Positions 54,701 through 64,000 of a stretch of DNA of 64,000 bases are shown in pieces. Each line of letters begins with the position of its first letter. Within the stretch, counting starts at the first letter, position 1. The notes under the pieces were generated by a model, which saw only the letters and a program-made list of their open reading frames with translations, ran no database searches and had not been told where the DNA came from. The position numbers and the translations under genes are program-made. Where the stretch lies: positions 30,690,001-30,754,000 of the forward strand of contig NC_135762.1 of the NCBI RefSeq assembly GCF_052425735.1. The letters run 5' to 3'. Source of the stretch: Oculina patagonica (lineage: Eukaryota).

Positions 54701-57700
54701 CCCCTCTCATCATTGTCGTTCTTATTTGCTACAGACGTAACCACATGTCCTCTTAGAGGGCTTTTATTTTTTCTAATAAAGCGTGTGTTGTTGTTGCTGT
54801 TGTTGTTGTTGATGATGTTGTCTGTATTGAGGGTTGTGTCAGCTATTGGTTATTTTTTAAGGGCTTGTCTATCTTGATATCGACCATTTCAGTAAGATTT
54901 AGAGGTCACTCATGTAAGAAGGAAGTCTACATAAAAAAACTTGTTTAGCAAGCACAGTTTTTCTGCCTGTTTCCATAATTGAGACTAATTACGCAAGGGG
55001 TGCGTACGAATGTTACCTGATTTAATAGCCGTGTATTCAATAGATATTCCCTGATGTCTGACGGACGTTTCGTTTTGTCTCTTGAATAGAATGTAAACAG
55101 ACCGGAACTTCGATAAGATCCAATTGTACCAAGTAAGAGTGATCGGACTCAGCTCCGAGCCCTCCACATCGTAAACCTGAACGCTGTTTTCTGATTGCTG
55201 TTTCCAGGTTAAAACAAAATCCAACTTAACAAGGTGATTTACAGGGGCTTTGATATACCATCCACATGTATTGTTCATACCGCGGTAACCAGGAGGCCAA
55301 TACGGAATGGAAATATTGCTTGTTAAAGGCGACAGTGGAGCTTCCAACGTGCTGTTCAAAAAACAATCTGAAAAATAAACCGCAGTATATAGCTACAACT
55401 GGAAAAAAATTATCACTTATTTACTAGAGTGATAGTAGACTTGCTCCAAGTCGCTCGTTAGATTCGCAGGAGACCGCTGGATACAGAAACGGAGGGCGCG
55501 CGCGGGCATGAGAAACAAAATGGCGGAGGATCGTTCCGAGCTTTTCCTAACTGTTTGTTTTCCTTCGCGCGCGCGTTCACAAAAGTGAATCCCGCGCGAT
55601 CTCTGGCGCGTGATTTCAAAGGTGATTTTACTCAAGTGGTCTTTCTCGCTTGATTTCAAAGCGATTTTATTTAAGTAACTATAGATGCAAAGAAAAAACG
55701 AGCGACTTGGGGCAAGTCTAGAGTGATAGCAAACAGTAAGTGTAGCAGCTTTCATATAAGCTTGTAATTCTACCGTCCTCCTAGTGTTGTAGCAGTTGCT
55801 AGTGTTTCTGGGACTAGGGGCATTGTTCCTATTATTAGTTCTATTGTTCTCTCGAAGGAGAGCGAGGCATGCATGTGGAACCTTGCAAGAAGTGCTACCC
55901 TTGCCCAGAGCAAGGTGGAACTCGACTACGCCACGTACTTCTCTATACATTTCTCTGTTGTTCTTAAAAATTTCCGCGTGTTTCTATAAAATCAATAATA
56001 CACTCTAGCGCGTTTACTATTTCCTTAGTTAATTCTGGTATCAGTGCTAGCTGTAAATTTAACATGCAGTTTTCAATGGTGAAACCTTATTCAAAATAAT
56101 TCGATTTTATTTCATGCTCTATGGTGCTTTTTCAAGCGAAAAGCACTTTTTGGAAAAACCCCATTTTATTTTGGAACACGTTGTAGCTTTGGCTTTGGTT
56201 TACGTATCACGTGGACATTTAACACTTAATGACTGGTCCCGAGGGAAACAGTCAATTTTGTTTCCCAAAGATCTCAATGTTTCCCCGAGGCGGAGCCGAA
56301 GTGATTTGTTATATAGCACAACGAAGACTAAGAAAAATGGCGGTCATAGATCAACAGTCGCAGCCAACAGTGCACTGTTACCCTCTGACGTCATAGAATT
56401 TGCAATGTTGCCACTCAATGACTTCTGGTGGGAAACAGTTTTATTGCTTATTGTCATGAGGCCTCGAAATAACCAATGAGAGCACGCTGTTGGGGGAAAT
56501 TTTCAGCTATAAATAAAATAATATAACAAGACTTTGCATCATAGACCATCAGACGTCTATTTCTGTGTTAATCTGAAGGAGTCATTTCGGGTTGAAAGGT
56601 TTCCCTTGTAGCGGAAAAAACCATACGCATCTCTCAAAACTGTATCACTTCCTATTCCGCTATTTGGTTCTTTACCTGACTCACTAGTGGCCTTGGTGGC
56701 CATGTAGTAGAGGCATAATCCTTCATCGTGGATTTTGTCCAACTGGTCATCACTCTTAAATGAAATGTACACTAACGGGGACACGGAGATGTCCCATTTT
56801 CGCCGAAAACGACGAATGGGTCTTAGTTCTGAGCCTTGAACATCATAAATTCGTAAACTGTCTTCTGACGATATGTCGTCTGTGCAGAAACTAAAGTACC
56901 CGTACTCCAACACAATAACATGATATTCTGGGGCTCTGATGTACCATCCACATGTTGTGTTGATGCGATAGCCTTGAGGATAGTACGGGGTGGTAAGCCT
57001 CTTTTCGTCGAAGAGATACTGGGCAACAGGAGCGTCTAGAGTCGTGTTTAATGAGCACTCTGAAAATGAGACGTAAGTGACAGCTCAGGGTAAATCCAAA
57101 CTCAATGGAGTCCTACTAGAGAGCAGGACCGGGTCACTAAATAGTGCTTCTACGCGCACTCAGTGATTGGCTACTAATTAACCCTCGGTCTTCATGTCAC
57201 CCCCATCCCCACCGCCTCACCCCACCCTACCCTCTTCATGAAGTGGGTTGGGTGCTCTTGGATGCGAAATCTTTCAGTGGCTTTTCATTCATCCACGATG
57301 GAACAACTGTTTCTTCGCTGTCTGTTCTTGACGTTGCCATCGCAACCGTTTTCTTCGTGCTACGTAGCCGTATTAGTTTATTTTAGCACCCATTTTTTTT
57401 TAAATAATTTTGCATCGATTTGTGCTATTTTCTGAGGTCATGAGAAAATAGTGAAATCCAAAATGGCGGATGTGATCACAAGATTCAATGTACCTTAGGT
57501 TATGTTCTATTGGGATCAACCGTTTCAACCGCAGCTGGTTTAGGTTGAGACGGTTGATGTTTCCCAATAGAACATTTTTCCAACCTTTTTCGGTTAAAAC
57601 GCGGTAAATCCTGGGGATATACTCATTACCAGACTTCCGCTTTCACATATAGAGGTAAACATTGTGACCGGTGGTCGTGCTGTTGTGTCCTTTGTACTTT

Positions 57701-58342
57701 CCGAGGTTTTAGAAGAAGATATTTTAAGAAATGAATCCGACGATGAACTACAGGGATTAGCTCATGGTACAACGCGTAGTTTTGAACTTTCGTCCGTCCA
57801 GCGCAAGAAATCATCGTCACCGGCTGTCGAACAACCTGGGACAGCTGCATTTTCGCCGATTTGGGCGCCTATTAATTCTTGTATCTCCTCCACATTAAGT
57901 GTTTCATACGAGAAACCTGCGAAACTCGCATCTTTTTTTCATTTTCATGAGTGTCGGCGAGCAGCAAAGATCCCAGCAGCAGCAGTTTTAAAAAGCGCGC
58001 GAAAACGACAGCGGTCGCTACCAATGCTTTTTCAATCGTTTCAACCTAGTTTGATGCCGGTTGAAAAAGTTGATCAACCAAACCAACCAAATTTTTTTTT
58101 TTTTCAATAGAACACGAAAAAATCGAACCAACCCAACCAACCTAAAAGGGTTGATCCCAATAGAATACGACCATTTATTAAAAAGTAGCAATGGTATATT
58201 GCAATTCCTGCGTTTTGATTGGTAAACAGGCAATGGTATATGAGCTCATATACCATTGACCACAAATATGGTAGCCGATACACGTCAACGGAAACAACTG
58301 GGGAGCTTAAATATTGCAATTCTTTAGGCGTTTTTAATAAAA

Positions 58343-58375
<33 letters not shown>

Positions 58376-59984
58376 CCGTTATAGCCAACTCAGCGCTACG
58401 CGTCTCGTTGGCTATATACCATCTCATATCCAACGCGCGCTAGTGGAATAGTTGTTAAATATTATTGCTAGTCATATTTTCGAAAGATTCTTTTACCTTG
58501 TCTGTCCAGTGCTTCGTAAGTTATAGTCAAACTTCTGGACCTGTAATCTGTAACTTTCAAACCAGTCTTTAACTTCAAGCACAAACTACGGCCGCTCGAA
58601 ATAAAGTAAGTACCTTCATAACGGAAAGAATTGTATTGTGCGACCATTTTGCTACCTTCATTGGGTCCATCGTGGATTCTTAAGTAATCATCAGATTTCA
58701 AAGAAAAACTTAACAACCATATCCGAAGCACCTTTCCTTTAGGGGCAGTTATGGTCCATTGACAAATCGCATTGTATGGAACTTCCCAGCTTACTGGCGA
58801 CCTGGGTTCAATTGTGCCTTCAGTTCTTGTTAGAAATTCTGTAGTTTTCTGATTAGCAATACAGCCTGTAAGAAAAGATTAACAAAGAGGTTTGTTCTTG
58901 AACACGATGCATCAAAAATAAATAAAAAGAAGAAGAAGAAGAAGAAGAAGAAGAAAAGAAATTGCCTTTGTCGAGTAGCAGGCACTACTAATTTGATTTT
59001 GATTGACATGAAGTTTTCGACAATGCTTGGAAATGTTTGACCGAAAGTGGTCAGAATTCTTCGCAAATAGTCGGAGGTCTTCGATCGATTTCTGATATTT
59101 CCAAGTTATCTGTGAAGTTTTACTGAAAAAGACGTCAGATAAAATAGTTAAGCAATGCTTTCGCGTAATAACTTTGAATATCCACTAATGACGTAATTAT
59201 TCCTTGTATATACACTCGCCTTAAGACTCGTGTGTATACTAGACATAATGAAAACAACGAAAACTATAGTTTTCAGCAGCATTTAAATATTGTGAATTAA
59301 ACTTCAACAAAATCCATGTATATTAGAGTTCATTTTATGGCTACGGCTTGTTAAGATACAACGCTCACTGTGATTGGCTAAAAGTCGGCACAGACTTTTC
59401 CGTGATGCCCACGGGCAATATAAGTTGCTTGCTGGCGACAGTGCGGCAAAGAGGGTTAACAAATCTCGCTGACCCCGGGCGTACTAGGAAAATATCGTAC
59501 CAGAAATTCCTCGCACTTGGTGAATAAGGAGTAACTATTACCTTCAGTACTTGCCAATGTCCTGAACAGCACAGTACACAGCCCTGGATTGTGATACGAT
59601 GAAACAAGTAACTGTTACTGATTGGTTCAGGTTTAGCATGTTAGTGATAATTATCAAGGCCGAGGTTTGTGTTATCTGCCAAATCCGAAGGCTGAAGCGG
59701 ACCTGAATAACGAGGCGGATAACACAAGTCGAGACTTTCAAAATTCGCTATCATGCGAGAATAGAATGCAATAATGACAACAATTGTTTTATTACACATT
59801 TTAAACACTTGAGCCGGTTTGTTCAAACTTTTTCCAAAACTTACGGTGCTTCTTGCCATTTTCCCTGAGTGATCGAGGTCTTTTAACATAAACTGATATG
59901 ACAGCGACCGGGGACAGCGATGACTGGGAAGTTTAATCGATAGTGGTGCTAGACCTTATTTTACTCACCAAAAATGACAATCAT
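48756..59984 (-). CDS. Type-I membrane receptor with five divergent CUB domains, 8 exons, 707 aa
   Basis: Exons (minus): 59984-59969 and 59583-59542 (signal MIVIFGLCTVLFRTLASTEG); 58865-58497, 57059-56676, 55367-55017, 51910-51533 and 50156-49800 (each a phase 1-1 CUB exon with C...P.YP..Y....C.W.I.AP); 48982-48756 (TM VVAICIGVIAFCVVIGIGGY, tail ending ISVL*). Total 2124 nt. The first two small exons are less certain. Confidence 0.82.
49150..49668. repeat. CAGN tetranucleotide microsatellite spanning an assembly gap (N run 49192-49625)
   Basis: CAGT/CAGG/CAGC units flank the Ns on both sides. Confidence 0.7.
50388..50619. mobile_element. Harbinger-like MITE, TAA TSD
   Basis: TAA|AGGTCCGGTAATACGGGCAACATTTT ... 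AAAATGTTGCCCGTATTACCGGGCCT|TAA. Confidence 0.8.
53154..54435. mobile_element. Penelope-like element insertion: two inverted 3' fragments encoding the GIY-YIG endonuclease C-terminus, 12-bp TSD
   Basis: VVYKFKCDSCDADYVGYIRRHLFQRIDEH...CLIFEMLFIQELKPKLNTQ is read on both strands. Arms 53180-53728 and 53886-54437. TSD AAGACTGTTTTC at 53142-53153 and 54436-54447. Confidence 0.9.
53204..53245 (-). ncRNA. Variant minimal hammerhead motif (U3/A8 core) in the PLE 3' UTR; mirrored copy at 54372-54413 (+) has a G12 mutation
   Basis: The minus strand reads GAAT|TTGATAA|T-GATGAA-CCGCGA-TTCATC|GAA|ACGT|C|ATTT. The + copy reads ...TTCATC-CAAACGTC. Confidence 0.55.
55436..55720. mobile_element. MITE with TAGACTTG TIRs and 9-bp TSD GAGTGATAG
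   Basis: GAGTGATAG|TAGACTTGCTCCAAGTCGCTCG ... CGAGCGACTTGGGGCAAGTCTA|GAGTGATAG. Confidence 0.8.
57498..58172. mobile_element. Non-autonomous TIR element (Harbinger-like termini)
   Basis: GGTTATGTTCTATTGGGATCAACC ... GGTTGATCCCAATAGAATACGACC. Confidence 0.6.
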
Positions 59985-61056
59985 CGTTTGTTCCAGCCTG
60001 AGTGTAAGACTAAATCATGAAATCCTCTGCTCTCAGCAGTTACCGGGCTAAAGTTGTCAGCTCTGCTCAAACTCTTTAGCAATCAATAGCTATTACTAAC
60101 ACCACTGTGTTCCTAAGATTTAAAAACACATTTCTAATCCATCACTAGTTAGGAACTCTCGCGGAAAATTGTAAATTGTCACAGTCACGCGCTGTCGTGT
60201 TGCCGTTGTCAGCGCGTAACTTGGTTCAAATGGATAAATCAGATACTTCTGTTACTATGCAAGGACCACTCTGACAAACAGGAGCAAACTGTAGCCGGAT
60301 CTTGGTGTAGATCAGGATCAGCAGTAGACTTAATAAACAAACTTTAAATGCGGGGCTGATCAAACAGCTAGGACCAAAATAAATTTATAACATCAGTCCC
60401 TAGCTGTTTGATCAGCCCATGCATTTAAAGATTTAAAGTGTGGATAAATCAGAGTTGAAGATAAAAACAAATACTTGACCTTGTGTAGTGGCCATTGGCG
60501 CGGGTCCGGTCACAAGCATTTCAGGAAAGCCGAAGAGGCAAACTTTCAGCAAAATTTTTCGTTCTTCACGAGTCTTTCGACCGCCGAAGCACACGCACGT
60601 GGAGTGAAATTTATTGGGCTTTATGGAACTGTTGGTTTTATTGCGATTCGGGCCGGGACAGTTTCCTTTTGAGGAGAGAGCGATTTGTGGAGTGACGCCT
60701 GGCAGCGATCGATGTAGTGGTCAGCCTTTCCTTTCTTCAGTTAGATGGAGAGACAACGATTTCGAATACTTCACTAAACGGCGTCAGAATGGTTTCGAAA
60801 TCGACCCAAGAGACAAATACACGACCCATTTGAGGAAGGAAACTTAATTTCAAATTAGATAGTTATTTACACCACTTTTCACGATCCGTGACTTTCCCTT
60901 ACAATTTTCTATATATACAAGCTGTCCCATACACCACGTATGCAGAGTCGAATTTTGAGGGGCCGGCACCTAGGTTTATTTCTTGGGAGAATTTCCGCTA
61001 TCTATATATTATAATTCTAGAATAAAGCAGAATATATCCTTATTCTGGAATGAAAT

Positions 61057-61570
61057 CAATCAAACAAGGCTGCCAAGACCATTCTTAGTTTACCAAGTTT
61101 TTCCTCGGCTACGGAAGCATTAAATGCACTTGGTTGGCTAGCCTGCGAGAGCAGACGCATTTCCGGCCGTCGCTTCTCTCTTTTCGGCGGAGTAGCCTGC
61201 GTAGCTGGCGGTATTGTTGGGTTTTTTAAAACTCCAAACAATACCGCCAGCTACGCAGGCTACGCAGGCGACGGCCGGAAATGTGTCTGCTCTCGCAGGC
61301 TATTGGTTGGCCAACACTCGTGAAACGCAGGTTATTTCACCGCTGCGTTTTCGTTTTCAAATATGTAAATGGCCTCATAGATTTTAATTTTGATACAAAG
61401 AGAAACTATGACATTCATTCATATAATACCCGTGGCAAAACCAATTTTTATTTACCGAGGATTAGACGAAATTATGGCAAGCAACGCCTTTTATACCATG
61501 GACTTGCAGACTGGAATAAGCTAGGCAAATCGATACAAGACATTAAGTCCATTTTACTTTTTAGGCGGTG
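61057..61570 (+). mobile_element. L2/CR1-group LINE ORF2 C-terminal remnant, interrupted by a nested MITE
   Basis: NKAAKTIL.LP..SSATEAL..LGW|PTL..RR..HRC.FVFK.VNG...HSYNTR....LPR.R...GKQR..Y.G..DWN.L. A probable 3' tail with (ATT)n lies at ~62700-62770. Confidence 0.75.
61139..61302. mobile_element. Palindromic TAGCCTGCG MITE, with a second related hairpin nested inside; 9-bp TSD TTGGTTGGC
   Basis: Outer arms TAGCCTGCGAGAGCAGAC.../...GTCTGCTCTCGCAGGCTA; inner arms TAGCCTGCGTAGCTGGCGGTATTG/CAATACCGCCAGCTACGCAGGCTA. Confidence 0.8.
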
Positions 61571-64000
61571 ACGCCTATATGTTGTGGCCCGTGGACGGGC
61601 AATGTTACGACTACTCCAACCGAGTAGCACTGGGAACTAGGCACTTTGTTGTTTACTCAGTTTCAGTACGCCATCTTTGATTGTCATGAGTACTGAATCA
61701 ACTTTAAGAGCATCCATCGGCAAAACGAGTTTGATTTCTTACGTACAGTTAAACAGAGTTTTGGGTTCAGGGGAGAATGATGTACTGGATAATTGTGAGC
61801 TCGCTTAAAGAACTTTTTTACCGTTGTACGTGTATTCGAAGTCGGCATACGTGATGGCAGACTAAGTTGACTGAAGTTGAATTTGACGAGTGACGGCCGG
61901 TTAGTGTCATAACTTTTGAAACCTTTCCATAAGGGAGACCGATGGCAGCAGTATCTTGATTAGATTGCAAAGGTGAGCTATCTGAAATCTTTGTTTGCTT
62001 TGACGTGCATTGTTGTCGATAATATTTAAGTTTAAGTTAATTTTCTTTTCCCTTCGCGACTCGCCATCTTCATTTTACTGCTTTTGATAATATTTATTCG
62101 GGTGTTTATCTCAAGCCATTAAAAACAAAACAGTGACGGTATCCGTATTCCTATTTGTATGAGAAGCCAAAATTCAGAAAGAACTTCTACCCTATTGCTG
62201 ATTTAGCTGATCTAAAATGTTTTGTTTGATAAGTTGCATAAATGCATGGAAGTGATTCTAGTAAGCGGTGTTGATTTCATTACATTTCAGACCATTTCAA
62301 TACGGAAATGTCACACAATCTTCAGTATTGACTAGGTGTGGAAATCAATCCTGGGCCTTTCTGTTGCTAAATGACGAAGTTCATAATGATTTAATGTATT
62401 TATCTTATCATACTGTAGGTTTGTAATGTATTGGAGGTTCGTTTTGTAGTCAAGGCAAATAAAAATTAAAATGAATAAGAAAAATGCAATTTCTGGGATC
62501 ATTGTAAAGCGTCATCGCCTGTGCATGCATGTATGCGTGCCGGTTATTAAGTAAGCCCTGAAGAATGTAGTTTTTAGCTAAATTTTTTATCCTATGCCTT
62601 TTATTGTGAACTTTTATACTATACATTTTTTATCATGTAACTTTTTTAATTCTTAAACTATTTTTTAATCTTTTAATTTTAAATTTGAACTATTATTTTG
62701 CAGGGCCTCACTGAATAACACCTTTGGTGATGTGAGCTCCCTGGGTAAAGAACATTATTATTATTATTAAACGTACCCTATATGGGTCTGCTTACTTTCA
62801 AGCACAATGATTCATGTTTTGAAAATGTTTTTTTAGATTACCATACTGAATTTATGTTTATTTTTTTTATTTTCTTGCGCCAATTTTGTCCTTTTGCACG
62901 TTTTCAATTCTGTATTAACCTCTTTATACAGATAACAGCAAAAAAGCAGAAATCAAACAGTGTTTGTGCCTGGGTGTTTGTGTTGGTGCCTGACAGCCCA
63001 TCGCGGCTCGCGTGATCAAATCCTTCCAAGAACAGCAGTCTGTTAGTTTGTTTACACAGGCCGTTTGGGTCATAGACGACCCCTTAGGGTTTCGTGTACG
63101 AAATAATCGACTAATTAACATTAGGCTCTCATGCCACAATGAAGTTTGTCGGGCGTAACCAGGCTGCGACAACTTGAAAATATTTTCCTGAAAACACCAG
63201 CATCAAATACTACCTTGCGAAAAAATCCTATAATCACGTTCGATAAGTCGAATTAAATTAAATCCAATCGAATTCAATTTGTGATTCTGTAAACTGAAAA
63301 GAATGAACGAATGTAACAAAAAAGAATGGCCGGAACCAAAGATTTTTAAAATACAGTTGAATGGCGATAACTAAATCATTCAAGGGAAATCGAAAAAGGT
63401 TCGAGTTTTCAGGGTTTCGAGTTATCAAAAGAACTTAGTAAGAAAATGACCTGGAGAAGAATTCGGAAAATGGTTTGAGTAAATGCGAGGTTCGAGTTAC
63501 TGAGGGTTCGAGATATAAACGAGATTCAACTGTATTTCAATTGTCATAATCTGGCCCTAAATGAGTAAATTGAACCTAAAAGTAGGCAAACATTCCTGTA
63601 ACAACCGATGCTGCAATAAAACACTCGCCTGGGGAAAAATAAAGAAAACGTACTCGTTCGATTGACGGAATTTCTGTTATCGCAACCACGACTTGCATTT
63701 GAACACATGCTCGGTGTTTTGTATGTATTACGAAAATTAAGGCATAATAATATGTTCAGCAACCGTACCTTAGCAAAGCAAGCAAAGAAGCAAAATGTCC
63801 ATAAAGACTCTGATCTCACAGAAAGCACTGCTCAGATTGCAAGCCTCGTTGAATTAATGGGATTGTCTTTTGTATTTTAAGTTGTTGTTCTCATTAGACG
63901 TCAACGTAATCCTGGATGACGTACAAGCTTATAATACAGTACAATTTGTACAATGACGCCGAACTCTTGCCACTAAACAAAGCTTTGATTGTCATTTCGA

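Noticed and set aside
57664-58110. 148-aa ORF with an acidic patch
   Set aside because: Lies inside a TIR element, starts at GTG, and shows no recognisable domain.
62924-63830. Possible minus-strand exons (splice-like sites near 63197, 63574 and 63768)
   Set aside because: No coherent reading frame or homology could be built. They could be UTR or non-coding exons, but this is unsupported.

Overview
Eukaryotic, AT-rich, intron- and repeat-rich animal DNA. The repeat families and gene content suggest an anthozoan or stony coral, but that is an inference. I assembled the genes by hand from GT-AG splice sites and reading phase. In order: (1) a single-exon mitochondrial mTERF-family gene (-), head-to-head with (2) a complete 21-exon ABCE1/RLI1 gene (+, 610 aa); (3) four intronless class-A GPCR paralogues (two -, two +) with almost no N-terminus and no TM3 cysteine; (4) a previously unrecognisable ~1,220+ aa type-I membrane protein (-) with a mucin-like ectodomain carrying 24-aa repeats, a very long cytoplasmic tail, a poly-Pro micro-exon and a C-terminal CxCxxCxxH region, seen in the ORF track only as disconnected pieces; (5) an 8-exon, 707-aa receptor with five divergent CUB domains, one TM helix and a PDZ-type C-terminus (-). 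Introns and spacers hold many MITEs, tRNA-derived SINEs, LINE 3' ends and two Penelope-like element remnants that carry hammerhead ribozyme motifs. One motif lies in sense orientation in ABCE1 intron 8; the other sits in a ~550-bp inverted repeat in a CUB-gene intron. There is one assembly gap (49192-49625). No database searches were run; all calls come from reading the sequence.
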